This document shows, piece by piece, positions 40,132-50,014 of a stretch of DNA of 64,000 nt. The stretch's first letter is position 1, and every line of letters starts with the position of its first letter. The translations under genes and the position numbers were made by a program. The notes under the pieces were generated by a model. The model was not told the origin of the DNA, made no database searches, and saw only the letters and a program-made list of their open reading frames with translations. This stretch comes from Spirochaetia bacterium (GTDB lineage Bacteria > Spirochaetota > Spirochaetia > WTKD01 > G963693115): the NCBI GenBank assembly GCA_965226055.1, contig CBDDCA010000005.1, positions 576,001 to 640,000 of the forward strand, in the 5' to 3' direction.

Positions 40132-43100
40132 CTAATTTGCCCAACTTGGTGGTGATGTTACCCCAGATTTTGTAAATATACCCGATTTCTCTACACTCGA
40201 TCCGACATTCCAACGTGATAAATCTCTATTAAATGCAGATGCTAAATAAAACATAGCACTCATATCCGTAACATTGCTCACATCCCATCCCGATATATCT
40301 TGATTAAACGCAGAAGTAGTAAAAAACATCCCTGAAGTATCTGTAACTGCAGTTACTGTCCATGATCTTATATTGCCATTAAATGCTGTGTGGGCAAACA
40401 TATAGGACATATTCTTAACCTTACTCACATCCCAATCAGGTAAGTTTTGATTAAAAACACTCGCGTTATTAAACATACTACTCATAATAGTAACCTTCCC
40501 TACTTTCCATTTGGATATATTTTGATTAAACACCGATGCTTCATTAAACATTTGTTCCATATTTTCAACATTACTCACATTCCATCCCGATATATCTTGA
40601 TTAAACTTTGCTGCAGCATTAAACATTGCTTTCATATTTGTAACTTTGCTTACATCCCATTTCGATATATCTCCATTAAATGCACTAGCATTATTAAACA
40701 TATAAGACATATTAGTAACATTACGTACATTCCATTTTGATATATCCCCGTTAAAAGTTGTTTTTCCTGCAAACACAACATGCATATTAGTTATGGCACT
40801 TGTATCTATATTATTGAGATTTGCAGCATTCCCTTGCTTCTTTATTTCTACTGCAATAGCATTCTGTAACTCATTTTTTGTTGTTGGACTGTGAACATAT
40901 GTTACTGATGATGCAGTAGCCCAACTTGGTGGTGAACTTACTCCAGAATCTTGAAACATCTTCCCTCTGTCTACACTCTGGTGTACATTCCAGCTTGATA
41001 AATCTTGATTAAATTTTGATGCAGAATAAAACATTTTATTCATATCTGTCACTTTGCTTATGTCCCATCCCGATATATCTTGATTAAATTTTGATGCTGC
41101 ATTAAACATACTTCTCATAATAGTAACCTTCCCTACTTTCCATTTCGATATATCACTATTAAACACCGATGCATTATAAAACATCATGTTCATACTCGTA
41201 ACATTACTCACATCCCACTCCGATAGATCTTGATTAAACACTGTCGCATACTTAAACATAAAGGACATATTTTTTACTTTTCCTACTTTCCATTCGGATA
41301 TATCTTGGTTAAAGCTCGTGGCAGCATCAAACATAACACTCATATCTGTTACTTTACTCACATCCCAGTCCGATATGTCACTATTAAATGCCCATGCTTG
41401 CTCAAACATTCTTTCCATAGTCGTAACTTTGCTTACATCCCACTTTGATATATTCCCATTAAAAGTCTTGTTCCTTGCAAATAAATTACTCATATCGGTG
41501 ATAGCACTTGTATCTATATTATTTAAGTTTGCTTTATTCCCTTGCTTCTTTATTTCTGCTGCTATAGCTTTCTCTAACTCAGCTTTTGTTTTTGGACTGT
41601 GGTCGTATGATACTGATGATGCAGTAGCCCAACTTGGCGGTGAAGCCACTCCAGAGTCCTTAAACATATCTTCTCTATCCACACTCGGATGTACATTCCA
41701 GCTTGATAGATCTTGATTAAATTTTGCTGCAGAATCAAACATACTTCTCATAATAGTAACCTTCCCTACTTTCCATTTCGATATATCACTATTAAACACC
41801 CGTGCATTATAAAACATCATGTTCATATTGGTAACATTACTCACATCCCAGTCTGATAGATCTTGATTAAACACTGTCGCATACTTAAACATAAAGGACA
41901 TATTTTTTACTTTTCCTACTTTCCATTCGGATATATCTTGGTTAAAGCTCGTGGCAGCATCAAACATAACACTCATATCTGTTACTTTACTTACATCCCA
42001 CTCCGATATATCACTATTAAATGCATGTGCTTGCTCAAACATGCTCCCCATATTTTCAACATTGCTTACTTTCCACTTCGATACATCCCCACTAAATGCG
42101 TTTGCATGAGCAAATATACCAGACATATTTGTAACCCTGCCTACATTCCATTTAGATACATCCCCATTAAAAGTCTTGTTCCCTGCAAATAAACGACTCA
42201 TATCGGTAATAGCACTTGTATCTATATTATTTAAGTTTGCTTTATTCCCTTGCTTCTTTATTTCTGCTGCTATAGCTTTCTCTAACTCAGCTTTTGTTTT
42301 TGGACTGTGGTCGTATGATACTGATGATGCAGTAGCCCAACTTGGCGGTGAAGCCACTCCAGAGTCCTTAAACATATCTTCTCTTTTCACACTCGGATGT
42401 ACATTCCAGCTTGATAGATCTTGATTAAATTTTGCTGCAGAATCAAATATATTGTCCATATCTGTTACTTTATCAATTTTCCAATTAGATATATCCCTAT
42501 TAAACACAGATGCATGATAAAACATCATTTTCATATTTGTAACACTACTCACATCCCAGCCCGATATATCTCCATTAAATACAGTTGCATACTTAAACAT
42601 AAAGGACATATTTTTTACTTTTCCTACTTTCCATTTTGATATATCTTGGTTAAAGCTCGTGGCAGCATCAAACATAACACTCATATTTGTTACTTTACTC
42701 ACATCCCAATCCGATATATCACTATTAAATGCATGTGCTTGCTCAAACATACTCTCCATATTTTCAACATTGCTTACTTTCCACTTCGATAGATCCCCAC
42801 TAAATGCGTTTGCATGAGCAAATATACCAGACATATTTGTAACCTTGCTTACATCCCACTTAGATACATCCCCATTAAAAGTCTTGTTCCCTGCAAATAA
42901 ACGACTCATATCGGTAATAGCACTTGTATCTATATTATTTAAGTTTGCTTTATTTCCTTGCTTTTTTATTTCTGATTCTATAGTTTTTAACAAATCAGCT
43001 TTTGTTTTTGGACTATAGCTAATACCTTTACTTATTAATGACAATGCCTCATCACAATTTACGAGAGACAATATCATTATCATCACACTAATAAAAAAGA

Positions 43101-43140
43101 AAGCCTTTTTTATACCTTGAACATTAAAAAAAGAATACAT
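40132..43140 (-). CDS. BspA/DUF285 repeat lipoprotein, 4 modules
   Basis: Lipobox LVN-C; modules joined by SGV.SPPSWATASSV.Y.HSP linkers. Confidence 0.88.
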   Translation of the reverse strand: MYSFFNVQGIKKAFFFISVMIMILSLVNCDEALSLISKGISYSPKTKADLLKTIESEIKKQGNKANLNNIDTSAITDMSRLFAGNKTFNGDVSKWDVSKVTNMSGIFAHANAFSGDLSKWKVSNVENMESMFEQAHAFNSDISDWDVSKVTNMSVMFDAATSFNQDISKWKVGKVKNMSFMFKYATVFNGDISGWDVSSVTNMKMMFYHASVFNRDISNWKIDKVTDMDNIFDSAAKFNQDLSSWNVHPSVKREDMFKDSGVASPPSWATASSVSYDHSPKTKAELEKAIAAEIKKQGNKANLNNIDTSAITDMSRLFAGNKTFNGDVSKWNVGRVTNMSGIFAHANAFSGDVSKWKVSNVENMGSMFEQAHAFNSDISEWDVSKVTDMSVMFDAATSFNQDISEWKVGKVKNMSFMFKYATVFNQDLSDWDVSNVTNMNMMFYNARVFNSDISKWKVGKVTIMRSMFDSAAKFNQDLSSWNVHPSVDREDMFKDSGVASPPSWATASSVSYDHSPKTKAELEKAIAAEIKKQGNKANLNNIDTSAITDMSNLFARNKTFNGNISKWDVSKVTTMERMFEQAWAFNSDISDWDVSKVTDMSVMFDAATSFNQDISEWKVGKVKNMSFMFKYATVFNQDLSEWDVSNVTSMNMMFYNASVFNSDISKWKVGKVTIMRSMFNAASKFNQDISGWDISKVTDMNKMFYSASKFNQDLSSWNVHQSVDRGKMFQDSGVSSPPSWATASSVTYVHSPTTKNELQNAIAVEIKKQGNAANLNNIDTSAITNMHVVFAGKTTFNGDISKWNVRNVTNMSYMFNNASAFNGDISKWDVSKVTNMKAMFNAAAKFNQDISGWNVSNVENMEQMFNEASVFNQNISKWKVGKVTIMSSMFNNASVFNQNLPDWDVSKVKNMSYMFAHTAFNGNIRSWTVTAVTDTSGMFFTTSAFNQDISGWDVSNVTDMSAMFYLASAFNRDLSRWNVGSSVEKSGIFTKSGVTSPPSWAN

Positions 43141-43319
43141 AGCATACCCCTTATAATTATATTTATTGTTACTATAATAAATAATAGTACTACACCAATA
43201 TCAGATTATACATAAAAATAAAAAAAATGCAAGTATATTTCTCAAATTTAAGCATTAAATACAATAAAGAAGCAAAAAGGAACAAGAACACATAAACGTA
43301 TTACTTCTTGAATACATAC
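43141..43319. repeat. Conserved intergenic repeat, copy 1 (promoter TTGCAT-16-TATAAT at 43205-43232, minus strand)
   Basis: Shares ctcaaatttaagcattaaatacaataaagaagc and flanks with 45093-45285 and 46276-46466. Confidence 0.8.
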
Positions 43320-45092
43320 CTAATTTGCCCAGCTTGGCGGTGATGTTACTCCAGAGCCTTTAAACATATTACGTTTGTTTACACTGCTCCCAACATTCCA
43401 GCGTGATAAATCTTGAGTAAACTTTGTTGCCAACGAAAACATTGCTCTCATATTTGTTACTTTGCCAATGTTCCACCTTGATATATTTTGATTAAATACA
43501 GCTGCTTCAGCAAACATAGCTTCCATATTGGTCACTTTGCTTACATCCCAGCCTGATATATCTTGATTAAACGCAGAAGTGGTAAAAAACATCCCTGACA
43601 TATCAGTAACTGCACTTACTTTCCATGTCGATATATTGCCATTAAACGCTGTATGGGCAAACATATAGGACATACTCGTTACTTTACTCACATCCCACGC
43701 AGATAAATTTTGATTAAAAACACTTGCATTATTAAACATACTTCTCATATTTTTAACCTTCCTTACTTTCCACTTTGATATATTTTGATTAAACACAGAT
43801 GCTTCATTAAACATTTGTTCCATATTCTCAACATTACTCACATTCCATCCCGATATATCTTGATTAAACTTTGATGTACCATTAAACATCCTTTCCATAT
43901 TCGTAACTTTGCTTACATCCCAGCCCGATATATCTCCATTAAATGCATTCGCATAATTAAACATATAAGACATATCGGTAACATTACTCACATTCCATTT
44001 TGATATATCTCCATTAAAAGTCCTTTTAACTGCAAATAAAGTACTCATATTAGTGATAGCACTTGTATTTATATTATTTAAGTTTGCCTCATTTCCTTGC
44101 TTCTTTATTTCTGCTGCTACTGCTTTCTCTAACTCAGCTTTTGTTGTTGGACTGTGGTCGTATGATACTGATGATGCAGTAGCCCAACTTGGCGGTGAAG
44201 TCACTCCAGAATCTCTAAACATATTTTTTCTGTCTACACTCGAATGTACATTCCAGCTTGATAGATCTTGATTAAATTTTGCTGCAGAATCAAACATACT
44301 ACTCATATTTATTACTTTGCTAATTTTCCAACCAGATATATCTTTATTAAACACAGATGCCTTATAAAACATATTATACATTTTGGTAACATTATCCACC
44401 TTCCACCGTGATATATCACTATTAAATTTAGCGGCTGCATAAAACATACCTGCCATATTTGTTACTTTACTCACATCCCAGTCCGATAGATCTTGGTTAA
44501 ACACTATCGCATACTTAAACATAAAGGACATATTTTTTACTTTTCCTACTTTCCATTTCGATATATCTTGGTTAAAACTCCTTGCCACATCAAACATAAT
44601 ACTCATATTTGTCACTTTACTCACATCCCATTCCGATATATCACTATTAAATGCATGTGCTTGCTCAAACATACTCCCCATATTTTCAACATTGCTTACA
44701 TCCCACTTTGATAGATCCCCCTTAAATGCGTTCGCATTATAAAACATACGCTCCATATTTGTAACCTTGCCTACATTCCACTTTGATACATCCCCATTAA
44801 AAGTCTTTTTATTTGCAAACAAACTACTCATATCAGTGACAGCACTTGTATTTATATTATTGAGATTTGCTGTGTCTCCTTGCTTCTTTATTTCTGCTTC
44901 TACAGCTTTCTCTAACTCAGCTTTTGTTGTTGGACTGTAATCTATTTGTGGGTTATTATCAGGATTTGTTGGTAAGGACTCATCATTTGTTGACAATGCC
45001 TCACCACAATTTACGAAAGACAATATTATTATCATCACACTAATAAAAAAGAAAGCCTTTTTTATACCTTGAACATTAAAAAAAGAATACAT
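43320..45092 (-). CDS. BspA/DUF285 repeat lipoprotein, 2 modules
   Basis: Lipobox FVN-C; same repeat consensus. Confidence 0.88.
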   Translation of the reverse strand: MYSFFNVQGIKKAFFFISVMIIILSFVNCGEALSTNDESLPTNPDNNPQIDYSPTTKAELEKAVEAEIKKQGDTANLNNINTSAVTDMSSLFANKKTFNGDVSKWNVGKVTNMERMFYNANAFKGDLSKWDVSNVENMGSMFEQAHAFNSDISEWDVSKVTNMSIMFDVARSFNQDISKWKVGKVKNMSFMFKYAIVFNQDLSDWDVSKVTNMAGMFYAAAKFNSDISRWKVDNVTKMYNMFYKASVFNKDISGWKISKVINMSSMFDSAAKFNQDLSSWNVHSSVDRKNMFRDSGVTSPPSWATASSVSYDHSPTTKAELEKAVAAEIKKQGNEANLNNINTSAITNMSTLFAVKRTFNGDISKWNVSNVTDMSYMFNYANAFNGDISGWDVSKVTNMERMFNGTSKFNQDISGWNVSNVENMEQMFNEASVFNQNISKWKVRKVKNMRSMFNNASVFNQNLSAWDVSKVTSMSYMFAHTAFNGNISTWKVSAVTDMSGMFFTTSAFNQDISGWDVSKVTNMEAMFAEAAVFNQNISRWNIGKVTNMRAMFSLATKFTQDLSRWNVGSSVNKRNMFKGSGVTSPPSWAN

Positions 45093-45156
45093 AGCATACT
45101 CCTTATAGTTATATTTATTATTACTATATAAACATATAGTACTATACCAATATCAG

Positions 45157-45187
45157 ATTATACCAAAAAAAAAAAAAAAAAAAGCAA
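45157..45187 (-). promoter_or_regulatory. Sigma70 promoter TTGCTT-19-TATAAT with a T19 tract (intergenic repeat copy 2)
   Basis: Minus strand reads TTGC-T19-GG-TATAAT; A19 at 45165-45183 on the plus strand. Confidence 0.75.
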
Positions 45188-45285
45188 GTGTATTTACGAA
45201 TTCAAGCTCAAATTTAAGCATTAAATACAATAAAGAAGCAAAAAGGAGCAAGAACACATAAACGCATTGATTCTTGAATATATAC

Positions 45286-46275
45286 CTAATTTGCCCAACT
45301 TGGCGGTGATGTTACTCCCGATTTTTCGAACATCCTTCCTTTTTCTACCCCTGATTTAACATTCCAACGTGTTAAATCTTGAGTAAATTTTGTTGCCGAC
45401 AAAAACATTGCTCTCATATTTGTTACTTTGCCAATGTTCCACCTTGATATATTTTGATTAAATACAGCTGCTTCAGCAAACATAGCTTCCATATTGGTCA
45501 CTTTGCTTACATCCCAGCCTGATATATCTTGATTAAACGCAGAAGTAGTAAAAAACATCCCTGACATATCAGTAACTGCACTTACTTTCCATGTCGATAT
45601 ATTGCCATTAAACGCTGTATGGGCAAACATATAGGACATACCCGTTACTTTACTCACATCCCACGCAGATAAATTTTGATTAAAAACACTTGCATTATTA
45701 AACATACTCTTCATATTTTTAACCTTCCCTACTTTCCACTTTGATATATTTTGATTAAACACAGATGCTTCATTAAACATTTGTTGCATATTCTCAACAT
45801 TACTCACATTCCATCCCGATATATCTTGATTAAACTTTGATGTACCATTAAACATTCTTTCCATATTCGTAACTTTGCTTACATCCCAGCCCGATATATC
45901 TCCATTAAATGCATTCGCATAATTAAACATATAAGACATATCGGTAACATTACTCACATTCCATTTTGATATATCTCCATTAAAAGTCCTTTTAACTGCA
46001 AATAAAGTACTCATATTAGTGATAGCACTTGTATCTATATTATTTAAGTTTGCCTCATTTCCTTGCTTCTTTATTTCTGCTTCTACTGCTTTCTCTAAAT
46101 CAGCTTTTGTTTTTGGATTGTAATCTATTTGTGTATTGTTATCAGGATTTTTTGGCGAGGACTCATCATTTGTTGACAACGACTCATCACAATTTACGAA
46201 AGACAATATTATTATCATCACACTAATAAAAAAGAAAGCCTTTTTTATACCTTGAATATTAAAAAAAGAATACAT
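45286..46275 (-). CDS. BspA/DUF285 repeat lipoprotein, 1 module
   Basis: Lipobox FVN-C; the module is nearly identical to the second module of 43320..45092. Confidence 0.88.
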   Translation of the reverse strand: MYSFFNIQGIKKAFFFISVMIIILSFVNCDESLSTNDESSPKNPDNNTQIDYNPKTKADLEKAVEAEIKKQGNEANLNNIDTSAITNMSTLFAVKRTFNGDISKWNVSNVTDMSYMFNYANAFNGDISGWDVSKVTNMERMFNGTSKFNQDISGWNVSNVENMQQMFNEASVFNQNISKWKVGKVKNMKSMFNNASVFNQNLSAWDVSKVTGMSYMFAHTAFNGNISTWKVSAVTDMSGMFFTTSAFNQDISGWDVSKVTNMEAMFAEAAVFNQNISRWNIGKVTNMRAMFLSATKFTQDLTRWNVKSGVEKGRMFEKSGVTSPPSWAN

Positions 46276-46340
46276 AGTATACTCCTTATAGTTATATTTA
46301 TAAGTACTATATAAACATATAGTACTTATACCAATATCAA

Positions 46341-46369
46341 ATTGTACATAGAAATAAAAAAAAATGCAA
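46341..46369 (-). promoter_or_regulatory. Sigma70 promoter TTGCAT-17-TACAAT (intergenic repeat copy 3)
   Basis: Paralogous to the promoters at 43205 and 45157; contains a T9 run. Confidence 0.7.
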
Positions 46370-46466
46370 GTATATTCACGAGTTTAAGCTCAAATTTAAG
46401 CATTAAATACAATAAAGAAGCGAAAAGAAACAAGAATACATAAAAGAATGATTCTTGAATACATAC

Positions 46467-47336
46467 CTAATTTGCCCAACTTGGCGGTGAAGTCACTCCA
46501 GAATTCTTAAATATATTTGCTTTCTTTACACTGCTTCCAACATTCCATGCTGCAAGATTTTGATTAAATTTTGTCGCAGCATTAAACATGCTACTCATAT
46601 CTGTTACTTTGCTCACGTTCCATCCCGATATATTGCTATTAAATACAGATGCTGTATCAAACATACTTATCATAATAGTCACCTTATCCACCTTCCATTT
46701 CGATATATCACTATTAAATACATGTGCATTATAAAACATCATATTCATATTGGTAACATTACTCACATCCCACTTTGATAGATCTTGATTAAACATTGTC
46801 GTATACTTAAACATAAAGGACATATCTTGTACATTTCCTACTTTCCATTTGGATATATCTTGGTTAAAACTTGTAGCAGCATCAAACATAACACCCATAT
46901 CTGTTACTTTACTTACATCCCAGTCCGATATATCACTATTAAATGCCCATGCTTGCTCAAACATTCTTTCCATAGTCGTAACTTTGCTTACATCCCACTT
47001 TGATAGATCTCCATTAAATTTTTCCGCCCGCATAAACATGCTTGACATATTTGTAACATTACTCACATTCCACAATGATACATCTCCATTAAAATCTTTT
47101 TTATTTGCAAACAGATCACTCATATCGGTGATGCCACTCGTATCTATACTATTTAGGTTTGCTGTGTTCCCTTGCTTCGTTATTTCTTCTTCTATAGCTT
47201 TCACTAGATCGGCTTTTGTTTGTGGGCTATGCCCCTCCAGTACTTCATTACAATTTACAAGAGACAATACAATGACTATCACACTAATAAAAAAGAAAGC
47301 CTTTTTTATACCTTGAACATTAAAAAAATGGTGCAT
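46467..47336 (-). CDS. BspA/DUF285 repeat lipoprotein, 1 module
   Basis: Lipobox LVN-C; repeats shared with 40132..43140. Confidence 0.88.
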   Translation of the reverse strand: MHHFFNVQGIKKAFFFISVIVIVLSLVNCNEVLEGHSPQTKADLVKAIEEEITKQGNTANLNSIDTSGITDMSDLFANKKDFNGDVSLWNVSNVTNMSSMFMRAEKFNGDLSKWDVSKVTTMERMFEQAWAFNSDISDWDVSKVTDMGVMFDAATSFNQDISKWKVGNVQDMSFMFKYTTMFNQDLSKWDVSNVTNMNMMFYNAHVFNSDISKWKVDKVTIMISMFDTASVFNSNISGWNVSKVTDMSSMFNAATKFNQNLAAWNVGSSVKKANIFKNSGVTSPPSWAN

Positions 47337-47408
47337 AATATACTCCTTTATTTTTTTATAAAATACCGTTTCTATTATACTACAAAAGACAATAATAGCA
47401 GTACCCCA

Positions 47409-48212
47409 TTAACCCCAACTTGGCGGTGATATTACTCCAGACTCTTGAAACATATCCTTTTTATATACACTTACTCCTATATTCCATTTTTCGAGGTTTT
47501 GATTAAATGCTCCTGCAGACTCAAACATATATCCCATATTTATCACTTTACTCACATCCCAACCCGATATATCTTGATTAAACACAACAGCAGACTCAAA
47601 CATACCATTCATCTCAGTAACATTACTTACATCCCAGCCTGATATATCTTGATTAAACTTCATAGCAGTGCTAAACATACCATTCATCTTAGTAACATTA
47701 CTCACATCCCAGCCCGATATGTCACTATTAAAGGCTACTGCTAAAAAAAACATTCCTGTCATATCTGTTACTTTGCTCACGTCCCAGCCCGATATATCAC
47801 TATTAAATACAGATGCTTCAGCAAACATATTTCTCATATTCGTAACATTACTCACATCCCAGCCTGATACATCTCCATTAAACACAGATGCTCCAGTAAA
47901 CATACTACTCATATCTGTTACATTACTCACATCCCAACCCGATATATCTCCATTAAAATCCCCCTTCTCTGCAAACAAATTACTCATATCGGTGATAGCA
48001 CTCGTATTTATGCTATTTAAGTTTGCTTCATTCCCTTGCTTCTTTATTTCTGCTTCAATAACCTTTACTAACTCAGCTTTCGTCTGTGGACTAAAATCAG
48101 TATGTTTTGACACTGCCTCATTGGACACACAATTTATAAAAAGTAATGAAATCATTATCATACAAATAAAAAAGAAAGCTCTTTGCTTCCCTTGAATAAA
48201 AAAATAATACAT
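47409..48212 (-). CDS. BspA/DUF285 repeat lipoprotein, 1 module
   Basis: Start at ATG 48212 (MYYFF) after SD AAGGAG; lipobox FIN-C. Confidence 0.85.
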   Translation of the reverse strand: MYYFFIQGKQRAFFFICMIMISLLFINCVSNEAVSKHTDFSPQTKAELVKVIEAEIKKQGNEANLNSINTSAITDMSNLFAEKGDFNGDISGWDVSNVTDMSSMFTGASVFNGDVSGWDVSNVTNMRNMFAEASVFNSDISGWDVSKVTDMTGMFFLAVAFNSDISGWDVSNVTKMNGMFSTAMKFNQDISGWDVSNVTEMNGMFESAVVFNQDISGWDVSKVINMGYMFESAGAFNQNLEKWNIGVSVYKKDMFQESGVISPPSWG

Positions 48213-48357
48213 AGTATTCTCCTTAATGTTTAATACATAGAATATCGTCCTATTCTGAAGCCACTTAACACTATTTCCTACTGAAAATACATATACACTA
48301 TTGCCTATAGACTGTACTATAGTATATGACAATACACACTCCGTTTATTTTTGCTTA

Positions 48358-50013
48358 TCATTTTTTACTAAAGAGCATATCTGCCATAGCTTTAGCAGAG
48401 CAGGTCCGACTTGAGTAGGCACATATATAACATTTTGCGTTATGATACTGCATAAGCTCATATGCACTACGTAATCCTATAATCATAAGACTATCGTTAT
48501 AGTGTGCTACTAACTTTTGCACTAACGCTTGTTGTTCTTCCTTTGCAAAGTCTTCTCCCGGTAAGGGATAATCTTCGGTTACCGCAATAATAATATCGTA
48601 TGATACCATCTCATTGGAACGATGTACATTCTCATACGCATCCTCATACGATAGCACAGTGCTATGCGGACGATACTGTAAGAATGTTTCTGAAAATGTA
48701 TCAAACGCACTTTTTCTTTGATTAGGACCAATACCTCGCACATTTACACTATTACCATAACTCGTAAGAGGAGTACAGTTAAGCACAGCAATAGATCTCT
48801 CTTGCATATTATCTTGTAATACCGATACCAAAGCATTCTCATCTCGTATGATACGCACAGAAGAACGCGCAATACGTAACTCTTCTTTTTTATGAAGTGC
48901 AAACTGTTCTCCTTGTATATTACTTGTATCATATACTTTTGCTTTTTTTTCTTCTCTTGCCTGATGTAATTGCATTCGTTTCTGTATAACCCGACATACT
49001 TTTTCTTTTAATACATCTTTCGCTATTTTTCCATCTTTCACTGCTTTTACAATACTCTCTATAGCTTGTATCTGTCTTTCTAAATAAGCATCATCATGAT
49101 CATAATGTTCTTCCGAAAGCATGATAAGATTAGCTCCCGCTAAAAACGCTTGCAATGAGGCTTGATGAGGCTCATAATATTTTCGTATGGCTCCCATATT
49201 CATACTGTCTGTAATAACAAGTCCCTTAAAGTTCATTTTTTTACGCAACAAATCACTCAGTATTTTCTCCGATAAGGTAGCAGGAACATCTGCATCTAAC
49301 TGAGGAAAAAGCATATGAGCAGTCATTATCATATCAACTCCAGCATCAATAGCAGCTTGAAAAGGAAGTAATTCTTGTTGTAACAGTGTTTCCAGAGACT
49401 TATCTACCGTTGGTATATCCCTATGAGTATCAACATAGGTATCTCCATGACCGGGAAAATGCTTTGCGGTACTCAGGACACCCTGTGTATTGATAGCTTT
49501 TACTGCTGTAGCTACATGCTTTGCTACTACTATTGCTTTTTCTCCAAAAGAGCGTGTTCCTATAATAGGATTACGTGGATTAAGGTTAATGTCTGCACAA
49601 GGACCAAGAATGGCCTGATACCCAACCGCCCCCATCTCTTTTGCAAAGATACCATACATCATGGCAGTATGCTCTGTATTTTCTGTAAGGCCGAGTGCTA
49701 AATTTCCTGGACCTATAGTAGCTTCAGGAATAAGCGTTCCCCATGCACCCTCTTGATCAACACCAAGAATAAGAGGTAAGCGTATCTTTGTTTTTGCCAC
49801 TAACACATCTAAAGCCTGTGTCAGCTGTATTGCCTCAGCAAATGTTTCTGCGTTATCTTGACTAATATAACATCCAGCAACACCATATGTTTCAATAATC
49901 TCTGCTAATGTATGAGAATTTTTTCCTGGAAAGGCAAGTATAAATAACTGTCCTACCTGTTCTTCAATACTTAGTGTATCAAATAGACTTGCTACTTCTG
50001 TTTGTGTACTCAT
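48358..50013 (-). CDS. GH3 beta-N-acetylhexosaminidase (NagZ-like, two-domain)
   Basis: GVDQEG, RSFG, KHFPGHGDT.VDTH, IMTAH and ITDSMNMGA. Start taken at MSTQT. Confidence 0.87.
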   Translation of the reverse strand: MSTQTEVASLFDTLSIEEQVGQLFILAFPGKNSHTLAEIIETYGVAGCYISQDNAETFAEAIQLTQALDVLVAKTKIRLPLILGVDQEGAWGTLIPEATIGPGNLALGLTENTEHTAMMYGIFAKEMGAVGYQAILGPCADINLNPRNPIIGTRSFGEKAIVVAKHVATAVKAINTQGVLSTAKHFPGHGDTYVDTHRDIPTVDKSLETLLQQELLPFQAAIDAGVDMIMTAHMLFPQLDADVPATLSEKILSDLLRKKMNFKGLVITDSMNMGAIRKYYEPHQASLQAFLAGANLIMLSEEHYDHDDAYLERQIQAIESIVKAVKDGKIAKDVLKEKVCRVIQKRMQLHQAREEKKAKVYDTSNIQGEQFALHKKEELRIARSSVRIIRDENALVSVLQDNMQERSIAVLNCTPLTSYGNSVNVRGIGPNQRKSAFDTFSETFLQYRPHSTVLSYEDAYENVHRSNEMVSYDIIIAVTEDYPLPGEDFAKEEQQALVQKLVAHYNDSLMIIGLRSAYELMQYHNAKCYICAYSSRTCSAKAMADMLFSKK

Positions 50014-50014
50014 G

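Noticed and set aside
37146-48195. Repeated plus-strand ORFs (MIKH...) in the BspA array
   Set aside because: Antisense shadows of the repetitive minus-strand genes.
37094-48212. 75-bp periodicity as a CRISPR array or a DGR template/variable pair
   Set aside because: The repeats are in-frame coding units. No cas genes, reverse transcriptase or obvious adenine-specific TR/VR pair was seen in the window.
48213-48332. Extended N-terminus of ORF 47409..48332, and the similar extension to 40081
   Set aside because: SD position and paralogue alignment support starts at 48212 and 40060.
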